Positions 42,891 to 53,871 of a stretch of 64,000 nucleotides of DNA are shown in pieces. The DNA lies in NCBI GenBank assembly GCA_038121105.1, contig JAYONB010000005.1:130274-194273 (forward strand), given 5' to 3'. This DNA is from Alphaproteobacteria bacterium (lineage in GTDB: Bacteria; Pseudomonadota; Alphaproteobacteria; SHVP01). A model generated the notes under the pieces. That model did no database searches, was not told where the DNA came from, and saw nothing but the letters and a program-made list of their open reading frames with translations. How positions within the stretch are numbered: position 1 is the first letter of the stretch; each line of letters begins with the position of its first letter. The position numbers and the translations under genes were made by a program.

Positions 42891-43802
42891 CTATTGCGCG
42901 GCATCGGCGTAAACCTGGGCCGGTGCACGAAGCAGGCTGGGGTCGACGGCATTCAACCCCGCCATCAAATCGGCGAGGTTATCGATCAAGGCCGCCATTT
43001 TGGGCGCCCGCGAAATTGTCGCCTCGTCCATGTAAAGCCCCCGATTGATCTCGATCTGCACGGCATGAATGCCGGCGCTGGGCCTACCGTAATTCTGGGT
43101 GACGAAACCGCCGGCATAGGGGTCGTTGCGCGCGACCGAATAGCCCAGATCGTTCAAGCGGCGTTCCAAGAGGTCGACAATGGCAGGATCACAACTCGTG
43201 CCGAAGCGGTCGCCCAGGACGAAATCGCAGCGCCGTCGCCCAGTGTCGCCTTCGACCGCCGAGCCCATCGAAGGCATCGAATGACAGTCCACCAAGACGA
43301 CGGCGCCGAACTGCGCGCGGGTGGCGACGAGGAGCTGCTTGATCATGGCGTGATAGGGGAAATAGAGCCGATCGATTCGCTGCTCTACTTCGCGAAAATC
43401 GAGCTTCTTGCGGTAGATTTCCGCCCCGTTGCTGACCACGCGCGCAATCGTGCCGAGGCCAACCGACACGCGGGCGGAGCGAGAATTGACGAAACTGGGC
43501 AGCGAGCCCTTGAACATCGTCGGGTCGAGCTCATAAGGTTGGCGGTTTGGGTCGAGATAGGCGCGCGGGAACCGGGCTCGTATCAGCGGCGCTCCAAGCC
43601 TAGGCGCATCTTGGAAGAGCTCGTGTACGAAACAATCCTCGGAGCGCCGAATCGCGGTGGCGTCGAGCCGCGATTGGGCCAGGAATTCGTCCGAATAGTC
43701 GTCGCCCGAATGCGGCGACGCGAACACAAACGGCAAGGTTTGTGGGTTCGGCTTTGTCAGCACATAAGCCTCGTTTTCGAGGCTTTCGGGAGGTGCAGTC
43801 AT
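42891..43802 (-). CDS. N-formylglutamate amidohydrolase (FGase) family protein
   Basis: 303 aa with an FGase-family N-terminal motif (PFVFASPHSGDDYSDEF) and a zinc-hydrolase-like fold signature. Confidence 0.8.
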   Translation of the reverse strand: MTAPPESLENEAYVLTKPNPQTLPFVFASPHSGDDYSDEFLAQSRLDATAIRRSEDCFVHELFQDAPRLGAPLIRARFPRAYLDPNRQPYELDPTMFKGSLPSFVNSRSARVSVGLGTIARVVSNGAEIYRKKLDFREVEQRIDRLYFPYHAMIKQLLVATRAQFGAVVLVDCHSMPSMGSAVEGDTGRRRCDFVLGDRFGTSCDPAIVDLLERRLNDLGYSVARNDPYAGGFVTQNYGRPSAGIHAVQIEINRGLYMDEATISRAPKMAALIDNLADLMAGLNAVDPSLLRAPAQVYADAAQ

Positions 43803-43866
43803 CCGGGAAGACTAGCCTCTTTGAGCACGTCAAGGCAGTTCAATTGAGGAATGCGACGCGCGGGGC

Positions 43867-43895
43867 TTGAAACCATCGGACAAATGCCGCTAAGA
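43867..43895 (+). promoter_or_regulatory. candidate promoter for tRNA-Val (TTGAAA-17-CTAAGA)
   Basis: cTTGAAAccatcggacaaatgccgCTAAGA ends about 13 nt before the tRNA 5' end. The -10 element is weak. Confidence 0.25.
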
Positions 43896-43907
43896 GTGGC
43901 GCCGCGC

Positions 43908-43982
43908 GGGCGCGTAGCTCAGTGGGAGAGCACTACGTTGACATCGTAGGGGTCGCTGGTTCAATCCCAGCCGCGCCCACCA
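43908..43982 (+). tRNA. tRNA-Val (anticodon GAC)
   Basis: GGGCGCGTAGCTCAGTGGGAGAGCACTACGTTGACATCGTAGGGGTCGCTGGTTCAATCCCAGCCGCGCCCACCA. Cloverleaf with 7-bp acceptor stem, anticodon loop TTGACAT, T-loop GGTTCAATCC and encoded CCA. Confidence 0.9.
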
Positions 43983-43991
43983 CGCTTCAAA

Positions 43992-45352
<1,361 letters not shown>

Positions 45353-45376
45353 CGCCCTTTTGCAAAAAGGACCGAG

Positions 45377-46096
45377 ATGGGCAAGCAGAAGATCGTTGCA
45401 GGGACCAGCGGTTTCGACAAACCGTGGAAAGGCACGTTCTACCCGGAAGACATCAAGAAGCCGGAAATGCTCGCGTACTACGCCGCGCGGCTGCCGACGG
45501 TCGAGATTAACAATACCTTTTATCGGCTGCCTAAACCGGAGGTGCTGGAGAACTGGTTCGACCAAACCCCTAAGGGATTCCAGTTCGCAATTAAGGCCTC
45601 GCGGCGCATCACTCATATCAAGCGCTTGAACGACGTCGAGGACGCAACCCAGTACCTGATGGAAACGACCGCGGGCCTGAAACAAAAACTCGGCCCGATC
45701 CTTTTTCAGCTGCCGCCGAACGCTAAGAAGAACACCGAGCGTCTCAAGACTTTCCTCGGCACGTTGCCGGTCGATCGCCGCGTGACGTTCGAATTTCGCC
45801 ACCCCTCTTGGTTTGAGCCCGACGCGCTTGGCGCTTTGCGGGACCACGGGGCCGCGCTCTGCATCGCCGATACCGACGACGACCTTCACGTACCATTGGA
45901 ATCGACGACGGATTGGGGCTACCTGCGACTTCGCAAGGAGACCTATACCGCTAGGAGTCTTCAGAAGTGGGTCACGCAAATCACCGCGCAGCCCTAGCGC
46001 GATACCTACGTCTATTGCAAAGGCGAAGAAGCAGGGTATGGCCCACGCTGGGCCGCCCAATTGATGGCGCTCGGCGCGAAAAAAGACGGCAAATAG
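45377..46096 (+). pseudogene. DUF72 (YecE-like) family gene interrupted by in-frame TAG at 45995-45997; conserved C-terminus continues in frame to TAG at 46094-46096
   Basis: The ORF 45377-45997 has a DUF72-like N-terminus (FYPEDIKKPEMLAYYAARLPTVEINNTFY). In-frame after the TAG it reads RDTYVYCKGEEAGYGPRWAAQLMALGAKKDGK, which matches the family's conserved D-x-Y-V-Y-F-N-N...G-x-A...L C-terminal block. Confidence 0.6.
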
Positions 46097-46153
46097 CCAC
46101 CAATGCCGCGTATTGCGGAAAATGGCCGTAATTCGAGGGCGCGACGGCCCCGG

Positions 46154-46182
46154 TTGACTTGCCGCCGATCGGTCCATATTTT
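46154..46182 (+). promoter_or_regulatory. candidate sigma70-type promoter for rpmJ (TTGACT-17-TATTTT)
   Basis: ggTTGACTtgccgccgatcggtccaTATTTTgcg lies about 30 nt upstream of the rpmJ ATG. Confidence 0.35.
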
Positions 46183-46211
46183 GCGCGCCTCACGCTAAAT
46201 GGACGGATGCT

Positions 46212-46337
46212 ATGAAGGTTCTAAGGTCACTGAAATCAGCGAAAACGCGCGACCGCGATAACCGCGTCGTTCGCCGCAAAGGCCGCATTTACGTCATCAA
46301 CAAGCGCAAACCGCGATTCAAGGCGCGCCAAGGTTAA
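46212..46337 (+). CDS. rpmJ: 50S ribosomal protein bL36 (zinc-independent type)
   Basis: 41 aa ([41 protein letters not shown]). It is too short for the ORF track. Confidence 0.85.
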   Translation: MKVLRSLKSAKTRDRDNRVVRRKGRIYVINKRKPRFKARQG

Positions 46338-46360
46338 CCGCCGCCGACTCGCGAAAAACA

Positions 46361-46388
46361 GGGCGCCAATAGGCGCCCTTTTTGTTTG
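46361..46388. terminator. bidirectional intrinsic terminator between rpmJ (+) and pyk (-)
   Basis: aaaaacaGGGCGCCaataGGCGCCCtttttgtttg. The stem is flanked by an A-run on one side and a T-run on the other. Confidence 0.6.
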
Positions 46389-46428
46389 CCCCTAGTAACG
46401 CGCCTCTCGGCGACCTGCAGCCCCATCG

Positions 46429-47850
46429 CTAGGCTTTGGGGATCCGCGCGACCCGCAGAATGTTGGTCGCCCCCGGGGTGCCAAACGGCACGCCTGCGGT
46501 GACCACGAGTTGATCGTCGGGCCCAGCGATGCCGTCCTGGACCGCAAGCCGGCACGCTCGTTCCACCATATCGCCGAAATCTCGGGTATCGCGCGTGTGG
46601 ACGCTATGCGCGCCCCACAACAGCGCAAGCCGTCGGGCCGTGCCTCGACGCGTTGTCAGGACAATGACCGGGACTGTGGGGCGTTGTCGCGCGGCGCGCA
46701 ACGTAGTCGAACCTGTAGTTGTGTAGGTCACGATCGCCGCCGCGCCGATGGTTTCGGCAACTTGTTTGGCCGCCGCGCTTATGGCGTCGGCCGTCGTGTT
46801 TTCGACTTCGGGGTGCCATGACGAACGGATAACGACATAAGTCGGTTCGGTCTCGGTTTGGCGGATGATCCGGTCCATCATTGCGACGGCTTCGCGTGGA
46901 TGCGCGCCGACTGCGGATTCTGCCGACAGCATGACGGCATCCGCACCGTCGTAGACCGCCGTTGCGACATCGGAGACCTCGGCGCGGGTTGGCGTGGCCG
47001 ATTCGATCATCGATTCGAGCATTTGCGTAGCCACGACAACCGGCTTTCCTTGGTCGCGGGCGGTCGCGACGATCTTCTTTTGGAGGCCGGGGACCAGTTC
47101 AAGCGGCAGTTCCACGCCAAGGTCGCCGCGGGCCACCATGATCCCGTCAGACAGGTTGGTGATTTCGTCGAGCCAATTGATGGCCGACGGCTTTTCGATC
47201 TTGGCCATGAGCCCGGCCCGACCGGCGATGATCTTGTGGGCGTCCGCGACATCGTCCGGTGTTTGAACGAAAGATAGCGCGACCCAATCCACCGCGGACG
47301 ACATCGCAAAGTCGAGATCGCGCCGGTCCTTGTCCGTCATTGCGCGGATCGGCAGCACGGTGCCTGGGACGTTGACGCCCTTGGCGGCACTCAACTCTCC
47401 GCCCGATTGCACTTCGCAAACCATGTAGTCGGCGCCGACCGTTTGCGTGATCAGTCGAACCCGCCCGTCGTTCAAGAGAATCTCGGCACCCTCGGCGATC
47501 GCACCGAATAGTTCGGGATGGGGCAACTGGACGCGATCCGCATTCCCCGGTGTGGGGTCGCTATCGAGCCGAAACGTCTGGCCGGTTTCGACAGTGACGT
47601 CGGCCTCGGCGAAGCTGCCGATCCGAATCTTTGGCCCCTGCAGGTCGACGAGAATCGCGATCGGTCGTCCAAGTTCGTGCTCGATCTCGCGGATCAACGC
47701 GATCAGCTTTGCGTGATCGTCCTTCTTGCCGTGGCTCATGTTCAGCCGAATCGCATCGACGCCGCCGACGATAATTGCCTCGATAATCTCTTTGGAAGAG
47801 GTTGCGGGCCCCAGCGTGGCTAGAATTTTGGTGTTTCGACCGCGGAACAT
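46429..47850 (-). CDS. pyk: pyruvate kinase
   Basis: 473 aa with a Pyk-like sequence (KILATLGPATSS...MVARGDLGVE...). Confidence 0.9.
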   Translation of the reverse strand: MFRGRNTKILATLGPATSSKEIIEAIIVGGVDAIRLNMSHGKKDDHAKLIALIREIEHELGRPIAILVDLQGPKIRIGSFAEADVTVETGQTFRLDSDPTPGNADRVQLPHPELFGAIAEGAEILLNDGRVRLITQTVGADYMVCEVQSGGELSAAKGVNVPGTVLPIRAMTDKDRRDLDFAMSSAVDWVALSFVQTPDDVADAHKIIAGRAGLMAKIEKPSAINWLDEITNLSDGIMVARGDLGVELPLELVPGLQKKIVATARDQGKPVVVATQMLESMIESATPTRAEVSDVATAVYDGADAVMLSAESAVGAHPREAVAMMDRIIRQTETEPTYVVIRSSWHPEVENTTADAISAAAKQVAETIGAAAIVTYTTTGSTTLRAARQRPTVPVIVLTTRRGTARRLALLWGAHSVHTRDTRDFGDMVERACRLAVQDGIAGPDDQLVVTAGVPFGTPGATNILRVARIPKA

Positions 47851-47937
47851 GGTGCCATCCTAGCCGGGTCCGCATTGGGACGACAGCGAACCCCGAAACA
47901 GTTTGGTCCCACTTGCAGTGGGTCATATCCTGAGCGC

Positions 47938-48486
47938 ATGAAAAGGCTCTGTATTTTGATCCTCGCGAGCATGCTGGTGTTTGGTGCTGCAGCATCGGCG
48001 CGTCAGGACGATAGCCGCCTCGATGAACTCTTTATGCGGCTGCAAACAACCGCTGATGCCCAAGAGGCGGAATTGATTGAAGGGTTGATCTGGACGCTCT
48101 GGTTCCAGTCCGGCGACCCCGACACCGATCGCCTCCTCGCGTCGGGCAACGACGCGATGGGGGCAGGTCGATATGACGAGGCACTTGCGCGTTTTTCCCG
48201 CGTGATTGAGCGGGACCCGACGTTTGCAGAAGGATGGAACCGGCGCGCGACGCTCCACTATCTTATGGGTAACTTCGATGCGTCGGTCCGCGACATCCAG
48301 GAGACCTTGGCGCGCGAGCCACGCCACTTTGGCGCGTTGTCGGGTTTGGGCCTCATCAATACCGCCCTAGAGCGATGGGACAGCGCCGTGAAGGCTTACG
48401 AGGAAGCGCTGCGCGTCAACCCGTTTCTATCAGGTGCAGGGTCGAATATCGAAGATCTTAGAAAGAAACTGGAACAGGACATCTAA
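47938..48486 (+). CDS. secreted TPR-repeat protein
   Basis: The start was moved to the ATG at 47938 (MKRLCILILASMLVFGAAASA signal peptide). TPR-like helices (AGRYDEALARFSRVIERDP...). Confidence 0.7.
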   Translation: MKRLCILILASMLVFGAAASARQDDSRLDELFMRLQTTADAQEAELIEGLIWTLWFQSGDPDTDRLLASGNDAMGAGRYDEALARFSRVIERDPTFAEGWNRRATLHYLMGNFDASVRDIQETLAREPRHFGALSGLGLINTALERWDSAVKAYEEALRVNPFLSGAGSNIEDLRKKLEQDI

Positions 48487-48488
48487 CC

Positions 48489-49712
48489 ATGTCGCTCGCG
48501 TCGCAAGAGCCCTCTGAATCTCCCGCCGCAATATCGGCGCCGAATTTCGACCTCAGCGAAGAGCATCGACAATTGCTCGATGAGATCACCCGAAACGCAC
48601 GGGCCCGGTTTGGATCGGATGTCATGCAGCGGGACCTCGAGGGACGATGGCCCGAAGACGGTTTTGCTCAGCTGGCCGAAATGGGTGTGTTGGGGGCGAG
48701 CGTCCCGACGCAATATGGCGGGGCGGGACTAGATCTCTTTTCGGCCGGGTTGGTCGGTCAAGCCATCGGTCGCGTTGATCCGTCGGTGTCCACGTCGTGG
48801 CAAAGCCACGACAATTTGTGCGTCAACAACCTCTACCAAAACGGCAACGAGTTTCAGCGCCGCAAATATCTGCCCGGTTTGACCGATGGCTCGATGGTTG
48901 GCGCGATCGGCATGACCGAACCGAACGCAGGCTCGGATGCATTGGGCGGCATGGCGACCACGGCCGTGCGCGACGGGGACGCCTACGTTCTGAACGGCAG
49001 CAAGACGTTCATCACCAACGGACCGATTGCCGACATCGCGCTGGTCTACGCCAAGACCGCGCCGGAATTGGGAAAAAAGGGTATCTCGGCCTTTATCGTG
49101 GAGCGTGCCTTCGATGGGTTTTCGTCTAGCCCGCCGTTCGACAAAATGGGCATCCGGGCGAGTCCGACCGGTGCGCTCTATTTCGACGACTGTCGGGTCC
49201 CGGTAGAGAATTTGGTCGGCGAGGAAAACCAGGGGATCGCCGTCATGATGTCGGGCCTGGATATCGAACGGGCGTTCTGCTCGATGATGGTTCTAGGCAT
49301 GTCGGAACGCGCCGTCGACCTATCAGTGGAGTACGCGGGCTCGCGCCAGCAGTTCGGGCAACCGATCGGCAATTTCCAAATGGTTCAATCAAAGCTTGCC
49401 GAGATGTATGTCGCGCTCGAAACGATGCGCGGGCTGGTCTATCGCGCGCTGGCGATGGCCAATTCAGTCGGGGCGGGCGAGGGTGGCCGGGGCGAGATTC
49501 ACAAACTCTCGGCGGCGGCCTTCATGTATGCGGGCGAAGCCTGCATGCGGATTTGCGACGAAGCCGTGCAAATCCATGGCGGCAACGGTTTCATGCGCGA
49601 GACCGAGGTGAACCAGCTTTACCGGTCCGCGAAAATTCAGGAGATCGGAGGAGGCACCAAAGAAATTCGCCGCCTCATTATTGCGCGCGAGATGCTGGCC
49701 GCTCGGAGTTGA
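48489..49712 (+). CDS. acyl-CoA dehydrogenase (isovaleryl-CoA dehydrogenase-like)
   Basis: 407 aa with ACAD N-terminal, middle and C-terminal domains (..GSKTFITNG...; QIHGGNGFMRETEVNQLYR). Confidence 0.85.
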   Translation: MSLASQEPSESPAAISAPNFDLSEEHRQLLDEITRNARARFGSDVMQRDLEGRWPEDGFAQLAEMGVLGASVPTQYGGAGLDLFSAGLVGQAIGRVDPSVSTSWQSHDNLCVNNLYQNGNEFQRRKYLPGLTDGSMVGAIGMTEPNAGSDALGGMATTAVRDGDAYVLNGSKTFITNGPIADIALVYAKTAPELGKKGISAFIVERAFDGFSSSPPFDKMGIRASPTGALYFDDCRVPVENLVGEENQGIAVMMSGLDIERAFCSMMVLGMSERAVDLSVEYAGSRQQFGQPIGNFQMVQSKLAEMYVALETMRGLVYRALAMANSVGAGEGGRGEIHKLSAAAFMYAGEACMRICDEAVQIHGGNGFMRETEVNQLYRSAKIQEIGGGTKEIRRLIIAREMLAARS

Positions 49713-50958
49713 TCTCAAGCGGTCGACATCTAGTTTCTCTGAGCGAAAGCGCTGCGAGGAACCCGAGGACCATGAGCACCGGAAAAATCATGAAAGCCTG
49801 TCGATAGGCGGTCTCGCCGTAAATCCGCGCACCCTCGACGAGAGTCCCGTCCCACCCCAAGTCCAATAGCCAACCAACAAGCGGAAGCGAAGCTGCCGAC
49901 GCGGCCATGCCCGCCATGTTGATCAGCCCCATCGCGACGCCGGTTGCGGTCGGCGAATTGCTTTCCTTCGTCACCGCGAAGTTGATGATGACCGCACCGC
50001 TCGCAATGCCTTGGATGAAGAGCAGGACCTGCAGTCCCAGAAGGGGAACCGGCAACATCAGAGTCACAAGCCATGTAATGGCCAACAGTCCAGCACCGAT
50101 CGCCATGACCGGCTTGCGGCGCTGGATTCGGTCTGACAACCAACCGGCGACCGGGCCTCCCAGACCCCAACCGACCAGCACCAGCGAAATCGTCGCCCCG
50201 GCGGTGGTCTTGCTCACGCCATAGACCTCTTGGACAAACGGAACGCCGAACAGTCCCGCAAAGGCGGCCATCGGCGTCACCAAGGATCCGGTAAAGAGTG
50301 CGACCTTCCAGGTCTGGGCGCTGCGCAATACTGAGGCGAGCCCGCGCAGCACCGAGTCTGCAGTTCGCGGTTCGCTATGCATGGGTTTGTCCCGGACGAA
50401 CGGCACCATCAACACCACGATCAGCGCCATCAGAAGGCCCGACCAGAGCATTGCAGAGCGCCATCCTGCCGCGTCGATAAGGGCGGCCAATGGCGCCTGC
50501 CCAAGTACGGCGCCGACGAGACCGATAAGGAGGGAAAGACCGGTCACGGCCGCAAAGCGGTTGGCCGGCAGCCACATGACCGCAAGCGCGAGGGTGCCGA
50601 CCCAAGCCACGCCCGCCCCGGCGCCGACCAAAAGGCGACCCGTTGCCGCGAGGCCCAGGGTGGGTGCGAGCGCGAACAAGAGACTGCCGACGGCGCACAG
50701 TGCGCCCGATGCCAGAAGGACGCGCCGGACGCCAAAACGGTCGATCATCATCCCGATCGGTATCTGTAGCAGCGCGTAGGGATAGAAGTAGTAAGCCGAG
50801 AGGTTGCCCAAGCCCGCGGCGTTGGCATCGAAGGCCCGCATCAATTCGCTGGTCATGACGCTCGGCGCCACGCGTTGAAAATAGGCGTAGCCGTAGAACG
50901 CGGCGGCCAGGCCCCAAATCAACCAGGGCAGTGGCGTGTGTGTCAGCCGGTTGCTCAT
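49678..50958 (-). CDS. MFS transporter
   Basis: The start was set at the ATG at 50958 (MSNRLTHTPLPWLIWGLAAAFYGYAYFQRV) with 12 predicted TM-like segments. There is a 35-nt convergent overlap with the ACAD gene. Confidence 0.75.
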   Translation of the reverse strand: MSNRLTHTPLPWLIWGLAAAFYGYAYFQRVAPSVMTSELMRAFDANAAGLGNLSAYYFYPYALLQIPIGMMIDRFGVRRVLLASGALCAVGSLLFALAPTLGLAATGRLLVGAGAGVAWVGTLALAVMWLPANRFAAVTGLSLLIGLVGAVLGQAPLAALIDAAGWRSAMLWSGLLMALIVVLMVPFVRDKPMHSEPRTADSVLRGLASVLRSAQTWKVALFTGSLVTPMAAFAGLFGVPFVQEVYGVSKTTAGATISLVLVGWGLGGPVAGWLSDRIQRRKPVMAIGAGLLAITWLVTLMLPVPLLGLQVLLFIQGIASGAVIINFAVTKESNSPTATGVAMGLINMAGMAASAASLPLVGWLLDLGWDGTLVEGARIYGETAYRQAFMIFPVLMVLGFLAALSLRETRCRPLEINSERPASRAQ

Positions 50959-51866
50959 GGCGTTGCTCCGGCGCGCTCCCACCGCTCGCGGGCAAGGAGG
51001 ATTCCGGCCAATACCGCAATGCCGCCGATCGCTTGCTGCGCGCGTAATCCCTCGTTCAAAAGCAACCAGGCAAGCAGCGTCGCTGCCACGGGCTGCACCA
51101 ACAGCGTTAGCGACGAAAACGACGCCGCAAGGTGCGCGAGTGCAAACGCGATCAGGCTCTGACCAACCGTATGGGAGACGACCGCAAGGCCAACGAGGAT
51201 GAGCCAACCGGCCAGGGTCGTGGCAATCAAGGACTCGCCCGAGGCGAGGGCGACGACGAGAAGGATGGGCGTTGCCACCAAGCCGGACCACATCATGATG
51301 TCGAGGGTGCCGACTGACCGGCGCAGCATCTTCACACAAATGAGATACCCGGCGTAAACGACGGCGGTCAGTAGTCCGAGGGCGTCACCCAACACACTTC
51401 CATGCCCGCCGAAGCTTGCGCCCACGACCAAAGCCGTCCCGACGATGGCCACGACGAGGCCGATGATGAAGCGTCGTCCGAATGTCTCTCCAAGAAGGCC
51501 CCATGCCGCTAGCGCAACGAAGATCGGCGCCGCGTTGGCAAACAACGTGGCGTTAGCGACCGTCGTCAGCCGGATCGACCAATGCCAGACCGCTAGGTCA
51601 CCGGCAAAAAAGGCTCCCGCAAGACCTAGCAGGACATAGGTTCGGGTGGTTTTAGCGCGCTCGTTCGATCGCTTGCCGCCACTGGGCCACACCAAGAAAG
51701 CGCCGACGAAGAAGGGAAGGGAGAGCAGCATCCGGTGGAACGCGGTGGCCGCGGGGCCGACTTCACTGATCTTGACGAAGATCGGGGCAAAGGCGATCGC
51801 CATCGCCCCGACTAGAAGAGCCGCCAGCCCCAGCCCGGGGCGTATCGACGCCAAATCGTTGTTCAT
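50955..51866 (-). CDS. DMT superfamily (EamA-like) transporter
   Basis: The start was set at the ATG at 51866 (MNNDLASIRPGLGLAALLVG...), giving about 10 TM segments. ATGA overlap with the MFS start. Confidence 0.75.
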   Translation of the reverse strand: MNNDLASIRPGLGLAALLVGAMAIAFAPIFVKISEVGPAATAFHRMLLSLPFFVGAFLVWPSGGKRSNERAKTTRTYVLLGLAGAFFAGDLAVWHWSIRLTTVANATLFANAAPIFVALAAWGLLGETFGRRFIIGLVVAIVGTALVVGASFGGHGSVLGDALGLLTAVVYAGYLICVKMLRRSVGTLDIMMWSGLVATPILLVVALASGESLIATTLAGWLILVGLAVVSHTVGQSLIAFALAHLAASFSSLTLLVQPVAATLLAWLLLNEGLRAQQAIGGIAVLAGILLARERWERAGATP

Positions 51867-51925
51867 TCCCGGCTCGCGCCCCAAACATGGTCGATCAACA
51901 GCAACCGCCCCGGTATAACTGCGCG

Positions 51926-52714
51926 ATGGATCAGGTTTCCGCAAGCGCAACCGCAGCCGCATTCGAAGTGGTCAATCCCGGTGGTGCCGCGCGGGCGGTG
52001 TTGACGTGTGATCACGCCGGGAATCAGGTCCCCGCTGCCTTCGACAGCCTGGGTCTCTCGCCCGATAGGTTGGATGAGCATATAGCATGGGATATCGGGG
52101 GCGCCGAACTTACCCTTGGGCTTGCAGCCCAGCTCGATGCGCCGGCGGTCTTGGCAACGCAATCCCGGCTCTTGATCGACCCTAACCGCAAGCTTGGGAG
52201 CGCGGATTCGATTTTGCGAGTCAGCGACGGTGTGGAAATCCCGGGCAATCAAAACGTGACACCCGACGAAGCAAATATGCGCGCGGCGCTGTCCTTTTGG
52301 CCCTATCACCACGAGGTGGAAAAGGCGCTACACCTATCCGAGCACAAGAAAGGCTTGGTTGCCTATCTCGCGGTCCACACCTTCACGCCGACAATGGCCG
52401 GTGCGCCGCGGCCATGGGACATTGGCGTGCTGTACGGCAGCGACGATCGCATGGCCCGACCGCTGCTCGCCGCCCTCAGGCAGGTGGGCGGCATTTGTGT
52501 TGGCGATAACGAACCCTATTCGGCGGCGCACCCGCCTGGTTATGGGATTGAAGCATATGGCACGTCGGCGGGCCGGCCCCACGTCATGGTGGAGGTGCGG
52601 CAAGATCTGCTAACAACAGCTGAAGGCGTCGCGCGCTGGACCGAAATCTTGACCTCCGCCTTGGCCGCTATTCTGAGCGACGAATCCCTTTTCCGTTTGC
52701 AGTTCTTTCGATGA
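51926..52714 (+). CDS. N-formylglutamate amidohydrolase (FGase) family protein, paralog 2
   Basis: The likely start is the Met at 51926 (MDQVSAS...). FGase-family motifs (AVLTCDHAGNQVP...LAVHTFTP). The stop overlaps the GCS2 start (ATGA). Confidence 0.75.
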   Translation: MDQVSASATAAAFEVVNPGGAARAVLTCDHAGNQVPAAFDSLGLSPDRLDEHIAWDIGGAELTLGLAAQLDAPAVLATQSRLLIDPNRKLGSADSILRVSDGVEIPGNQNVTPDEANMRAALSFWPYHHEVEKALHLSEHKKGLVAYLAVHTFTPTMAGAPRPWDIGVLYGSDDRMARPLLAALRQVGGICVGDNEPYSAAHPPGYGIEAYGTSAGRPHVMVEVRQDLLTTAEGVARWTEILTSALAAILSDESLFRLQFFR

Positions 52715-53844
52715 TCAAAGATCCGCCACTGACGATCGGGATCGAAGAAGAGTATCTGCTTGTCGATACTGAGACGCGCAATCTTGCGACCGATCCGCCG
52801 CCTGAAATGATGGCGATTCTCGAAAAACGCATTGCCGGTCGTGTCGCACCGGAGTTTCTGAAGGCGCAAGTCGAGGTTGAGACCGGCGTACACCAGACGA
52901 TTGCGTCGGCGCGCGATGAGTTGACGGGTCTGCGCCAGGCGATTGCGGAAGCTGCCTCGCAATTCGGTCTAGCGCCGGTTGCGGCAGGTTCGCATCCTTT
53001 TGCTCTGTGGGGCGAACAAGAGCATGTCGACAAAGATCGCTACAACGCCCTTGCCCGGGATCTCCAAGCCGTGGCGCGGCGTCTCCTCATTTGCGGGATG
53101 CACGTTCATATCGGCATCGATGACGACGACCTGCGAATCGATCTGATGAACCAAGCGGCCTATTTCCTGCCGCACCTCTTGGCGCTCAGTACGTCCTCGC
53201 CGTTCTGGCAAGGTGAGGAAACGGGCCTGATGTCCTACCGCACCAGCGTCTTCGATGGTTTGCCGCGAACCGGGTTGCCCGAGCAGTTTTCGAGCTATAG
53301 CGAATACCGCCGATTGGTCGAAGCCATGGTCGGGGCCGGCGTCGTCGAAGATGCCACGCGCATCTGGTGGGATTTGAGACCCAGTGCGCGCTTCCCAACC
53401 TTGGAAATGCGATCGACGGACGTGTGCACGTCTTTGGACGATGCAGTGGCCATTGCCGCGCTGTTCCAGTGCCTCATCAGCATGTTGGTCCGACTCCGGA
53501 AGGATAACCAACGCTGGCGCGTCTACCCCGTTAGCTTGGTCAACGAAAACAGATGGTTGGCGCAGCGCTACGGCATCACCAAAGGGCTAGTGGATCTGGG
53601 CAAAGGCGCGATCGTTCCCTATATCGATTTGTTGAACGAAATTCTGGACCTCGTGGCGGAAGACGCCGATCGATTGGGATGTGCCAAGGAAATTGCCCAT
53701 GCCCGCGCGATCGTCGAGCGTGGCACCAGTGCGACATGGCAAATCGAGGCCTTTCGGACCGCCAAGGACAATGGTGCGGACGACGACAAAGCGCTGAACG
53801 CCGTCGTCGACATGCTGATCGAACGAACAGCCGTCGCGCCTTGA
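52711..53844 (+). CDS. YbdK-type carboxylate-amine ligase (glutamate-cysteine ligase family 2, GCS2)
   Basis: 377 aa. The N-terminus LTIGIEEEYLLVD is diagnostic of the YbdK/GCS2 family, with GS-like fold motifs. Confidence 0.85.
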   Translation: MIKDPPLTIGIEEEYLLVDTETRNLATDPPPEMMAILEKRIAGRVAPEFLKAQVEVETGVHQTIASARDELTGLRQAIAEAASQFGLAPVAAGSHPFALWGEQEHVDKDRYNALARDLQAVARRLLICGMHVHIGIDDDDLRIDLMNQAAYFLPHLLALSTSSPFWQGEETGLMSYRTSVFDGLPRTGLPEQFSSYSEYRRLVEAMVGAGVVEDATRIWWDLRPSARFPTLEMRSTDVCTSLDDAVAIAALFQCLISMLVRLRKDNQRWRVYPVSLVNENRWLAQRYGITKGLVDLGKGAIVPYIDLLNEILDLVAEDADRLGCAKEIAHARAIVERGTSATWQIEAFRTAKDNGADDDKALNAVVDMLIERTAVAP

Positions 53845-53871
53845 TGAAATCGTTTAGGAAGGAGAAGCCAG

